A stretch of DNA of 32,000 nt from Nitrosococcus oceani ATCC 19707 (GCF_000012805.1 NC_007484.1:3330001-3362000); one strand, 5' to 3'. Positions 14,213-23,308 are shown, counted from the first letter of the stretch. Notes: a model not told the origin generated them from the sequence alone. Numbers and translations: made by a program.

Positions 14213-14920
14213 ATATGCTTTTAATCTTGTTTCAAATACTGAAAGAACAGAATCAAAATAATTTTCTACCAGACTTTCTAAAGCCACGAGCTGGCCCTTA
14301 AAGTCTTGTTTTTTCTCGGCAACGAAATCATCCGTTTTCTTTTTGAACAGATATCTGTAGCGCTCAAAATCATCATCTTTTTCCGCGAGGAGGTAATAAG
14401 AACCAAGCTGGTCAAGATCCTTTTCTGAGTAAGTACCTTGATGCGCGACCGTATTTCTGTGATAACGGAACGGCCCAGTAAACTTATCGAGTTCAGTTAG
14501 AGATTTAGCGACAGGCGTTCCTTTTACGTGGGCATTTTTTATTATGGAATCGTTATTGCATTGCCGTTCGGGAAGGCCAAGTTGGTAAATGACGTTCGCA
14601 AGGCGAAGGCACCGATCAAAAACTGATGTAAAGCGTAGATAATAATTTTCAATCCCATAGACTACATAGTCATATCGATTCATTTTATCGGGTGAACTAT
14701 TCGACCTATACCCTGACAGCATCTCTATAGAAAAGTGTAGCTGATCTATACAGGCAACAACATTACTGATGGATAGAAATGCCTCTATCCCGTAGCTTTC
14801 TTCCCTCGTAGACAATGGATCATTCGCTGGGTCGTCAGGATTGCACTTAGTTATGTATTCCCTGCAAACGGCTACCGCCGATTTCAGAAGAGCATGGTCT
14901 TTGAGTTGTGTGATCTTCAT
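14207..14920 (-). CDS. HEPN-domain protein (Rx4H motif), putative RNase / abortive-infection-type effector
   Basis: 237 aa, all-helical-looking. R155-N-T-V-A-H160 (nt 14441-14458, checked against the DNA) fits the HEPN Rx4-6H motif. The overall look resembles Cthe_2314-type HEPN proteins (from memory). The single ORF fills one cassette. Confidence 0.6.
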   Translation of the reverse strand: MKITQLKDHALLKSAVAVCREYITKCNPDDPANDPLSTREESYGIEAFLSISNVVACIDQLHFSIEMLSGYRSNSSPDKMNRYDYVVYGIENYYLRFTSVFDRCLRLANVIYQLGLPERQCNNDSIIKNAHVKGTPVAKSLTELDKFTGPFRYHRNTVAHQGTYSEKDLDQLGSYYLLAEKDDDFERYRYLFKKKTDDFVAEKKQDFKGQLVALESLVENYFDSVLSVFETRLKAYV

Positions 14921-14929
14921 CTATTTACC

Positions 14930-14988
14930 GTATAACACTTGAGTTAAGCGGCCACTGTCACGCGGATCGCTTGGACGAATGGTTAGGC
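14930..14988 (-). mobile_element. integron attC site (59 bp)
   Basis: GTATAAC-ACTTGA-GTTAAGC-(19 nt)-GCTTGGAC-GAATG-GTTAGGC. This has the classic 59-base-element size and layout. The extra base in the right-arm 8-mer implies that the plus strand is the bottom strand. Confidence 0.8.
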
Positions 14989-15720
14989 GGCAATACCACC
15001 ACCGTTTCCTTGGGCCAACATACTGCGACAGCCGGAACCCGGCAACTGCTAAGCTGATGGTTGGCCTGCGCCGGGAAGCGAATCCCGTATTCGAGAGGCT
15101 GGACGCTGCTGCGAATAGTCCGCTGACAAAAGTTACTCCTGCAAAAGAGAAGCCTGCGGCCCAAAAGCTGCCCCGCAAGTCCAGGCACAAAGCCGAACGA
15201 GGCAAAAAAGCTTACGCCGCAAGCAGCAGGGAATTGGACCCGCAGGGATTAAGATTATACAAAACTCCCGATCATTCTCATCCCAGTTGCCCGAAGCGTA
15301 GTTCTGCTGCCACAGAAAAGTATGCTGAACATTGGCCTTCCAACCCTTCTCGTACATTGAATGATTATTGAAGATCTCCAAGAGCTGGCTGTTACGGTTC
15401 TCGAATGAGGAATCATCCAAGCTGGCGAGAAACGATTTCCCGGCAAGTAACTTCTGTTCGATTCCATTGGCCGTTCTCGGCATTGAGATGTGGCCGTTTC
15501 CAGAATAGTTGGCAAGACACCTCCCAGGTGCAAGAATGCATCACGAGGCTTATTATCAGACTTGATTCTGGCGGGCCAATTAACAACCATCGGGTTACGC
15601 GTACCGCCAGGATGAGAGGCGCGACCTCTGCCTCGCCCATTAGAAGGGGGTATTACCCGCCCAGAGCCGAATAGGTAGGCTCCGGTTTCAGGCGCTTGAA
15701 GAACTTTAGGGAAAGCTGCT
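14986..15720 (-). pseudogene. arylsulfatase-family pseudogene fragment (both ends missing, several frameshifts)
   Basis: Minus-strand pieces: ...ASHPGGTRNPMVVNWPARIKSDNKPRDAFLHLGGVLPTILETA / MPRTANGIEQKLLAGKSFLASLDDSS...LLEIFNNHSMYEKGWKA / VLYNLNPCGSNSLLLAA / ...MLAQGNGGGIAA*. Compare sulfatase SH.GGTRN..VVHWP...H.ID..PTILE..G...P..VNG..Q.P..G.S...GNR.IY..GWKA...W.LYNL. The track ORFs at 14921-15590 are its frames. Confidence 0.7.
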
Positions 15721-16097
15721 CGCTAGGAATCCTGAAAGATCACGCCGGCATCTCCTTCAAAACGGGGATCAGCATACGGTAGCGCCGTCTATCCTGTGGC
15801 AAAGAGGTCTAGAGTCCAGCTTATCCTAGGAAAAAACGCTCGGCACAAGGAACACTGCCATAAAAGCTGGGCAAAGCATAAATATAATTGCCTTTATTAT
15901 TGTCATTCTATCAGTACCTATGGATAAAATTAGGGACGGTATGGCACGAAGGGAAGTCACAAAGCTGTTTTTCCTCTCCAAAAGATTTGATGGGCGTTCT
16001 GATTATCTTTCGGATATTCCAATCCTATCCTGACGAATCGGCGCAGGGCTTTCCTGCCCCCTCGCACTAATACTTCGAAAATTTTGTCGAGGCCCTT

Positions 16098-17111
16098 ATG
16101 CTCTTCTCCTATGACTGTAAAAAAACAATTCAAATGGCGGATTACTCAAAAGCTTATAAAATATCTGTCGCACCGATGATGGAATGGACCGATCGGCACT
16201 GCCGTTATTTTCTCCGCCTGATTTCCCATCGTGCCCTGCTCTATACCGAAATGGTCACTGCGGGAGCGCTCATTCATGGGAATCGAGCTCGTTTTCTAGC
16301 CTATCATAAGTCTGAGCATCCCTTGGCTTTGCAACTGGGGGGAAGTCATCCCGAAGAATTAGCCCTTTGTGCCCAGATGGCCGAGGACTATGGGTTTGAT
16401 GAGGTCAACCTTAATGTGGGCTGTCCCAGCAACCGGGTACAGTCTGGGCGCTTCGGAGCCTGTCTGATGGCGGAGCCTGAGCTGGTTGCCGAATGCGTTG
16501 CCGCCATGGCTCAAGCCACCCAAATCCCGGTAACGGTCAAGACCCGGATTGGAATCGATGAGCAGGACTCCTACGAAGCGTTAGACCACTTCATCAGCAC
16601 GGTAGCGCAAGCAGGCTGCCGAACTTTTATCATCCATGCCCGCAAAGCTTGGCTGCAAGGCTTGAGCCCCAAGGAAAACCGAGAAAAACCTCCCTTACGC
16701 TATGATGTGGTGCGGACCATCAAGCAGGATTTTCCTCAACTGACAGTAATCATCAACGGGGGCATTACCACTCTGGAGGAGATTTCTGAGCACTTAGAAT
16801 TATTGGATGGCGTCATGATTGGCCGGGCGGCCTACCATAACCCTTATCTACTTGCCCAAGTGGACCGGAATTTCTATGGAGATTTTCATCCTTTTCTCAC
16901 CCGGCATGAGATTATTGAGGCTTTCTTGCCCTATGTGGCAGAGCAATTGGTCCAAGGCGTGTATTTGAACCATATGACCCGCCATATTCTAGGGTTGTTC
17001 CAAGGCCAACCAGGGGCACGGGCCTGGCGCCGCCATTTAAGCGAAAATGCTCATCGGCCTGGCGCGGGGATAGAGATCATCCGGGAAGCCTTACGGCAAA
17101 TGCCGTGTTAG
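16098..17111 (+). CDS. dusA: tRNA-dihydrouridine(20/20a) synthase DusA
   Basis: [22 protein letters not shown]...LYTEMV...LQLGGS.P...[18 protein letters not shown]...[18 protein letters not shown] are DusA hallmarks. The true start may be ATG 16134 (MADYSKAYK...). Confidence 0.9.
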   Translation: MLFSYDCKKTIQMADYSKAYKISVAPMMEWTDRHCRYFLRLISHRALLYTEMVTAGALIHGNRARFLAYHKSEHPLALQLGGSHPEELALCAQMAEDYGFDEVNLNVGCPSNRVQSGRFGACLMAEPELVAECVAAMAQATQIPVTVKTRIGIDEQDSYEALDHFISTVAQAGCRTFIIHARKAWLQGLSPKENREKPPLRYDVVRTIKQDFPQLTVIINGGITTLEEISEHLELLDGVMIGRAAYHNPYLLAQVDRNFYGDFHPFLTRHEIIEAFLPYVAEQLVQGVYLNHMTRHILGLFQGQPGARAWRRHLSENAHRPGAGIEIIREALRQMPC

Positions 17112-17226
17112 TCAGGGTAAAATAAATTTTTGTGAAAAACCAAGCTTTTATATCTGCTCTATAGCAATTAACGTTTAAGTTAACACCGAGAAGAGAAGGC
17201 GTTAATCTTTTACTATTGAATTCAAA

Positions 17227-17655
17227 GTGGGTCAGGAGGAGGTAGAGATATCCGCCCCTTACTCGAAGGATTTACGCCAAAAGCTGATAACGTGCCATGA
17301 ACAAGGGGAGCTGAGCGAGGAGGTGGTGGCGAAACGATTTTTAGTCTCGCAGAGGACCTTTAAGCGGTGGTGGAAACACTACCAGGGAAGTGAGCGTATG
17401 GTCCCGGAGCTGATGGGCGATGGGGTCGAGCCGAAAGTGAATAAAGCGGCTGGAGCGTAGATACAAGGCGTGGTTGGAGGAAACCCCAAACTTTAACATT
17501 GAGCGGGCAGTGGGGGCTAAAGCGGTTAAAGTTAAGTCGTAAAAAAACCTTCTTACGACCCACAGCAAAAAAATCCGCGAGTCCAAGCGCTAAGGGCGGC
17601 CTATCAACAGAAACGGGCTCACATCGAGGAGCAGGTCCTCTTTTTTATTTCAGCC
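17227..17655 (+). pseudogene. IS630-family transposase remnant (frameshifted, 3'-deleted)
   Basis: APYSKDLRQKLITCHEQGELSEEVVAKRFLVSQRTFKRWWKHYQ is the IS630-type HTH N-terminus. Later frames give LEETPNFNIERAVGAKAVKV and KKNPRVQALRAAYQQKRAHIEEQVLFFI (compare ...V...R..Y......I....L.F.DE). No DDE domain follows. Confidence 0.6.
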
Positions 17656-17945
17656 GGAGCATTTTTAATGGCTGAAATGGGAAATCCTATAATTTTATCC
17701 CTCAAGGAGCTGCTAGGCGATCATTACCACAATCACCGCTGTCCGGGAGGATGAATGGATCACTATTGAGCTTATAAAGCAAGCGGTGGGTTTGCGGCTC
17801 AGGTCCATTCAATATGTCGTGCCGGAACAGGATCTACGGATCAACCTTACCAGAATGCCAGCCCTTCCAGGAGGCGGTTCATAGCCCAAGTGAGGCACGT
17901 GCGTGCCATGATGAACCGCAAAAATAGAGCATAGGTTGATAGTGT

Positions 17946-18479
17946 TTATGGCGGCGAGGATATTCGCGCTACGATGTCCCGTATTAGACTGGAATCGGTA
18001 TCGGTCCGGTCTTTTTGGCGGATAATGGAAATCTGTCCCCGCTGCTCGCAGATCACAAATTGAACCTCCCTTAGATCCTCAACGCCGCGCTGGCGGAGCA
18101 GCCCATGCAAGTCGTTGAGCGTCAATCCGCATTGCCGCAGCTCACCTTTGAGTACCTGCCCATGGGCAATAAGCACCCGTGGCGGAGGGTCCACCAGATC
18201 GGCAATGCTGGGAAAGTAGCGCAACTGGGTGATAATCCGGTGGGCAAGGAGCAAGGTAACCAAGGTAACTGCGCCGGCCAGGTAGCTGGTAGTGCTGGCA
18301 TTCGGTACGCGCCCAACAATAGCGCCAACGGCAACGGCGGCGACGAAATCAAAGGGCGACATTTCAATGAGGGTACGGCGTTCGCCAAGCCGAAAGCCGA
18401 TGACAGCAGTCAGATAAAGCAAAAGCGCTTTTAGGGACACCCAGCCTAGTTCCCCGCTTTCTCCTATCAGGTGGTCCAT
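17946..18479 (-). CDS. DUF421 (YetF-like) membrane protein
   Basis: Start moved to ATG 18479 (AGAGGA SD). RLGERRTLIEMSPFDFVAAVAVGAIVG plus the C-terminal soluble part LKGELRQCGLTLNDLHGLLRQRGVEDLREVQFVICEQRGQISI is typical of DUF421. Confidence 0.75.
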   Translation of the reverse strand: MDHLIGESGELGWVSLKALLLYLTAVIGFRLGERRTLIEMSPFDFVAAVAVGAIVGRVPNASTTSYLAGAVTLVTLLLAHRIITQLRYFPSIADLVDPPPRVLIAHGQVLKGELRQCGLTLNDLHGLLRQRGVEDLREVQFVICEQRGQISIIRQKDRTDTDSSLIRDIVARISSPP

Positions 18480-19081
18480 AATCAGTCCTCTGCTATATCC
18501 GTTATATATTACTTGCTGCTGTAATAATAAAACCTTCTCAAGTCTCCATAACAGACGGGATAAACTATCCGCGGCATGTACTGAGCCGAGACAAGAAATT
18601 CGATAATTTATTTGATCATAGCGCATCTTAGGTTATATTGCTTTTGCTGCTCAGGTCGGCTAGGGCTGTTTTGGCTACTTGGACAAATACTTGTGGCTGA
18701 TGCTCAATTCTGCAGAATACTTTTTGTGGCTTTTTTCCGTTCTTATAACGCCATACCGCCATCTCGATCCTCAGGAGAGCCTAAGCACAGATAGAGAAAA
18801 ATTATTACGATTTCACGCTGATTGCTTTCTTTTATTCCTGCCGCTAAAAATTTCACTGATTCAATAGCATATCCCTTACAGACTCGTTTGTGGATGCTTA
18901 TCGGGCAAAGTCAGGAGTTTTTTCATATTTTCCTTGTGCTTGGTGATGAGCTGTAAGCTCTGTTTAAACAGCAGATTGAACGGGGGCTAAGAAATATATC
19001 CTTATTTTTGGAGCACTTTCCAAACAGCGCTGAGATTATCTCTATAACATGCTGACGATTATTGACAGAGGCGTAGTGTTT

Positions 19082-20098
19082 TTAAGTTCGGGTATCACTT
19101 TGCTGCTTAAGCCAAGGCCAGCCCGTTTCTTGCGTCAGCGCCAGCCAGAGGGCGCGGCGCTCTGCTAATTCGGCCAAATTGAGTTGAAACTGCTGCTGAG
19201 CAATAACTGGAATGCCGTGTTCAGCTAAAGTAGAAAGATTCGGTGAAGGGGGAATTTTCTGAACCTGCTTGATTGAATAAGTACGCACCATAGCCTGCAG
19301 GCAGGTCGATAGTAACTGACGAGTCGGATGAAGTAAGCTGGGCTGGAGGAAATATTGCTGCCTCTGTTTAAGGCCGTAGATCACAATAGTCAGCGCTTCA
19401 TCCAAAGCCGCTAAGCGCAGGCTGATTACCTCAGCGGGGTTAGAGGTGTGGAAATAGTTCAGCACTGGGTAGGTGACGTAGTGCTGCTTCAAAATGGCGA
19501 GTTCAGGAATCAGCATAATCAAGTACTGTTCCAAGGGTTGCCAATTTTGACCATTCCAAGTATTAGCGAGGATAGCCTGTGGCGTTGCGCCGAGGCTAAA
19601 CAGCGTCAGTGCCACCATGCGCTTGTGTGCCGTCGCCTGCACGATGGGGACTAAATAGGTAATAGAAAAAGTCACCAGAAACAATCCACTCAGGGAGGCT
19701 ATCGCAGTCAGTACCTGCCAGAGGGCACCTTGGGGAGCATAATCGCCTGTGCCGAGGGTAAAAATAGTAAAGCCGGTAAAATAAATGTGGGCCCAGAAAT
19801 CGGCGGGCAGGTGTGTTTGGCTATGGAGCACTGCCTCAGCACTGCTCCAAAATATCAGCAACCAACCAAGCCACAGAAGGCAGATCCAGACAGCGACTAC
19901 TGCTAATACAATCTGAATGCCAAAAAATGACCGCAAACAATGTGATATACGGAGACCGCGCCGGCGTAGAAGACGCCAGAGCAGTTGTGCGATGCGGTTA
20001 GTCAAGGGCCCCCCTGATTCGCCTAAGGTAGTCCAAAAAATTTCAAAGACCAAGAAGAAAAGTATCACCAGGCCTAACAGAAGACTGAGCCAATCCAT
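19082..20098 (-). CDS. potassium-channel-like protein (2-TM pore, TLGTGD filter variant) with large C-terminal cytoplasmic domain
   Basis: YFTGFTIFTLGTGDYAP is a pore helix plus selectivity-filter-like T-x-G-x-G-D, flanked by TM helices. About 170 aa of uncharacterised C-terminal domain. Confidence 0.75.
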   Translation of the reverse strand: MDWLSLLLGLVILFFLVFEIFWTTLGESGGPLTNRIAQLLWRLLRRRGLRISHCLRSFFGIQIVLAVVAVWICLLWLGWLLIFWSSAEAVLHSQTHLPADFWAHIYFTGFTIFTLGTGDYAPQGALWQVLTAIASLSGLFLVTFSITYLVPIVQATAHKRMVALTLFSLGATPQAILANTWNGQNWQPLEQYLIMLIPELAILKQHYVTYPVLNYFHTSNPAEVISLRLAALDEALTIVIYGLKQRQQYFLQPSLLHPTRQLLSTCLQAMVRTYSIKQVQKIPPSPNLSTLAEHGIPVIAQQQFQLNLAELAERRALWLALTQETGWPWLKQQSDTRT

Positions 20099-20170
20099 AA
20101 TAGCCTCTTATGAACTTAAATAGTTTGGTCAATTTTTACTTATATTAATCAATGTATTATCTTTCCAAGC

Positions 20171-21433
20171 TTAATTAAGCTGTATTCTTCGCCCCCACGG
20201 CACTTGGGCTTTACCCTTGACCAGCCAGATGACGGGATAAGGGGGCTCTGCTTGCGGGAATGGACCCCGGGCATCGGTAAAATAAAGCAAAACGTCCGGA
20301 TAGAGTCCTTCACGTGCTTGCCAGGCAAAGGGAGGCCGAAAGTCGGTATCGCCGCCACCGGGTAAATTTTCTGGCAGGGTCAGTCCTTCCCAAGATTCAT
20401 AAATCCAGGGGCCTAGTTCGCACAGGTCGGCATCGCAGGCATGGAGAGTTACGCGGGCACAAAGTTGACCCTTTAGGGCGCTGACTTCGGTAAGAAAACT
20501 CTGCAATTGCTCATCATGAATGGAACCGCTGATATCCAGTACGATCGCCAGATCTATTTGCTGAGAGGCGAGACGGGGTAAAATTGCCGGACCTTCGCGG
20601 CGGGACGGGCGGGCAAAGCTGTAGTCATTCTGGGCAGCCGCACTCAAGTACTGCGCAAGTAACTGCCGCCAAGGAAGCTGGGGGCGCCCTAAATTCCCAA
20701 TAAGGCGCCGCAATGGACCGCTTAGCTTACCGTTCTGCAAGGCTTGCTGGGCAAGACTCACAGTCCGCTGTTGCCACAAGCGGCCAAGCTGTTCCCGTTC
20801 CATTTCGGTTAATGGGGGTGGCGACCCGGAAGCGGAGACTTGGGATGAGGGAAGGAGACGACCGTCATAGACGGGCGGGTTGTGCCGCTCTGGACCATGG
20901 ATACTCCAATCTTGACTGGCTGGATTGAGATCAGCGGGGGCATTGGAGGGCGAGTCCTCGTGGTCATAGACGTGCTGATCAACCGTTTGCAGTTTTGCTC
21001 CCACGGGGAGCAAAGGATAGATTTCTTCGGCGCTGAGGGCACGATAATCTTGCTTGAGCAACACCCCAGGCGGAGGCTCTAATCCCTCTCGAACCAGTAA
21101 TTGATTGACAGCATAATCGCAGGCTGCATTCCAACGGCCTAGATGCCGGCGGCCGCGGCGGGCAAAATGGCATAAAGCGCAGTGGAGGGCCTCATGAGCC
21201 AGAATAAATTGAAGCTGCTCGAAGGAAAGCCATTCCACATAGGCAGGATTGTAGTAAATGGCGCGGGCATCCGTGGCGGTGCTGCCGCACCACTCGGGGC
21301 TGGCTTCCCGTAAGGGAAGATGCAGCACCAAAGCCCCCAGAAAAGGCCGTTCCACGATAAGGCGCGTTCGGGCAGCACTGAGTTTAGTATGGAGCTTGGT
21401 CTCTTTGGACGCAGGCGCTATTTTATCGTTCAT
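20171..21433 (-). CDS. VWA-domain protein with N-terminal HExxH metallopeptidase-like domain (DUF2201-type)
   Basis: HEALH at residues 80-84 (nt 21182-21196). MIDAS-like DLAIVLDISGS. Overlaps the upstream AAA+ gene by 11 nt. Confidence 0.75.
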   Translation of the reverse strand: MNDKIAPASKETKLHTKLSAARTRLIVERPFLGALVLHLPLREASPEWCGSTATDARAIYYNPAYVEWLSFEQLQFILAHEALHCALCHFARRGRRHLGRWNAACDYAVNQLLVREGLEPPPGVLLKQDYRALSAEEIYPLLPVGAKLQTVDQHVYDHEDSPSNAPADLNPASQDWSIHGPERHNPPVYDGRLLPSSQVSASGSPPPLTEMEREQLGRLWQQRTVSLAQQALQNGKLSGPLRRLIGNLGRPQLPWRQLLAQYLSAAAQNDYSFARPSRREGPAILPRLASQQIDLAIVLDISGSIHDEQLQSFLTEVSALKGQLCARVTLHACDADLCELGPWIYESWEGLTLPENLPGGGDTDFRPPFAWQAREGLYPDVLLYFTDARGPFPQAEPPYPVIWLVKGKAQVPWGRRIQLN

Positions 21434-22469
21434 AAAGCATTAGATCGGAAACCTGCCGCGCCCATTTGGCAAATTCAGGATGCTTCAGCAGGGGACGGCC
21501 GATGGCCCGGAACATTTCAGTAACGAGCATCACGCCTATCTCCCGTTCTGGTAGCCGGGTGGCATAACCCAGGATATGGCCGTAGATCTGGTGCGCTTCA
21601 TGGCTATTCCTGGCATCCACTGCGCGGCGCACCAAGGTAGCGGCAACCCCATATTGGAGATCCAGCGCTTCTGGAATGGAAACGTCTTTTCCTCGCAATA
21701 TTGCTTCCACATCGGGCATTTGCGCCATATTATCAATAAAAGCCTTGAGTTCTAAACCGGCTCCAGGACCCACACAGGCTTGCAGGGTCTCTAGCAGAAG
21801 TTCTGGAATATCCTCGAATTTTTGCAAGGCCCGATGGGCATATTCCCAGGACCTGGGAGTAGGGAAAGCAAGGGGGTTTTGATTAGGGTCAAAATCGAAC
21901 AGCAGTTCAGGCCGATACAGTAAAAACCCAATCAAACGTTGGTCGATACTCCGATGAGCTGCCCAAGTAACCCAATCGCCTATATGGGGCTCGATTTCAT
22001 AATGAGTAAAGCGATTAGCAAGGGGGGCAGGTAAGGTATAAGTAATCCCTCGATCGCCCTGACGATTACCCGCCGCCACGATCGCCCAACCTTCTGGAAC
22101 AGTATATTCTCCTAACTGGCGATCCAGGATAAGCTGGTAGGCAGCGGCTGAGACCGTGGGGGGGGCCGATGTTAACTCATCCAGAAATAGAATTCCTTCA
22201 GACCCGTGGCGCTTTGAGTTGGGCAGCATGGAGGGGATAGCCCATTCTACCCAGTGATCTATCCGAAAAGGGATTCCACGCAGATCAGTCGGTTCAAGCT
22301 GCGATAAGCGTAGATCAATGAGTGGAACCCCAAAGCTATCCGCTACCTGAAAAAGAATCTGGGATTTGCCCACACCCGGCGGCCCCCAAAGCATTACAGG
22401 CGTATGCTGGCCGTTTCGGACTGCGGTAAATTCTCGCTTAAGGAGTGTGGTAATTTGTGAAGGGCGCAT
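21423..22469 (-). CDS. MoxR-like AAA+ ATPase (AAA_5 type)
   Basis: Walker A GPPGVGKS (nt 22362-22385), Walker B ILFLDEL. Single AAA module of about 350 aa, partnered with a VWA protein as in MoxR systems. Confidence 0.85.
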   Translation of the reverse strand: MRPSQITTLLKREFTAVRNGQHTPVMLWGPPGVGKSQILFQVADSFGVPLIDLRLSQLEPTDLRGIPFRIDHWVEWAIPSMLPNSKRHGSEGILFLDELTSAPPTVSAAAYQLILDRQLGEYTVPEGWAIVAAGNRQGDRGITYTLPAPLANRFTHYEIEPHIGDWVTWAAHRSIDQRLIGFLLYRPELLFDFDPNQNPLAFPTPRSWEYAHRALQKFEDIPELLLETLQACVGPGAGLELKAFIDNMAQMPDVEAILRGKDVSIPEALDLQYGVAATLVRRAVDARNSHEAHQIYGHILGYATRLPEREIGVMLVTEMFRAIGRPLLKHPEFAKWARQVSDLMLYER

Positions 22470-22578
22470 AAGGTTTTTCCGCTGATCAATCCCTAGTATC
22501 GCTCAACCGCTACTCAAAAGGCGAGGCGCAGGAATTCGCGCCCACGTTTTGGGTCCGTATCGTTATTAATATACTTGT

Positions 22579-23118
22579 TTAGTCGGCTTTGAGTATCAAG
22601 CCGCCTGCTTTTCGATGGGAGGGGGAACCATGCCTATCTCCAGGAAGGAATCGATTGGCGTGCTTTTTTCGATGATGCGTTGCATGGTTACCTTTATGGT
22701 GCCGGCTTAGTCTATGTTGGCGTCCATGATGCTTTAGGTTGCGATGAAAAAAATACGGATAGGCGATGCCATATTGAAACCGATCCGGTGTATTCACATA
22801 TATAACTTGCGGTGAAGTGGGTTGTTGTGCCGCCTTTTGTTTAGCTTTTTCCAGCTTTATTTTTTCTCGTTGAATATATTTTTGATGTAGGCGCTGCCAT
22901 TGGTTAGCTATTGAGTAATAATTATTTTCAACGGCAGGATAAGATGAAGGCACTTGGATCAGGGTTACCTGGGTTGCAGAAGAGCTGGGCGCTTCATCTG
23001 AATAATGGGTAACCCCCTTGTCATCGATCCATTTATGTACATTCCTGGCAAAAACCGGCCCTCCTAAAGAGATCAAAAATAAGATTATTGTGATTATTAA
23101 ATATGGGGATTTATTCAT
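22579..23118 (-). CDS. DUF4124 domain protein with His/Arg-rich C-terminus
   Basis: Signal peptide, then HKWIDDKGVTHYSDEAP (DUF4124 signature as I remember it). His-rich tail HHGRQHRLSRHHKGNHATHHRKKH. Confidence 0.6.
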   Translation of the reverse strand: MNKSPYLIITIILFLISLGGPVFARNVHKWIDDKGVTHYSDEAPSSSATQVTLIQVPSSYPAVENNYYSIANQWQRLHQKYIQREKIKLEKAKQKAAQQPTSPQVIYVNTPDRFQYGIAYPYFFHRNLKHHGRQHRLSRHHKGNHATHHRKKHANRFLPGDRHGSPSHRKAGGLILKAD

Positions 23119-23308
23119 AATCTATAAGACCACATTTACAAGAAGCTGGTTCCCTCATAGCAGAGCATTACAGAAACGCAGAAAAGAAAAAAATTGCGGC
23201 TAATTACTTATTTTAATATTAAAATTTCCCTAGCAGAAAGGAGAAATGTCCCTGCAAACAATGGGCATACTCTTGGACCACTCCGCCTGCAGGGCAAAAA
23301 TGACAGAA

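Noticed and set aside
223-14988. Whether the recurring palindromes are a CRISPR array or REP-type repeats.
   Set aside because: The units differ in sequence and length (59-181 bp) and are spaced 0.35-1.65 kb apart. Each is bounded by RYYYAAC/GTTRRRY boxes at ORF ends. That fits attC sites, not CRISPR repeats, and no cas genes are present. The REP alternative is kept as the refutation test in the findings.
14921-15674. Track ORFs 14921-15205, 14958-15188, 14979-15371, 15133-15483, 15255-15590, 15405-15674 and 15413-15640 as separate genes.
   Set aside because: The minus-strand ones are consecutive frames of one frameshifted sulfatase pseudogene. The plus-strand ones are its antisense shadows.
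15720-16097. Search for an integron integrase (intI) or attI next to the proximal attC, and more generally for any tyrosine recombinase in the window.
   Set aside because: All six frames here are broken by stops within about 30-60 codons, and none shows recombinase motifs (R...HxxR...Y). No ORF of 60 aa or more in the window resembles an integrase.
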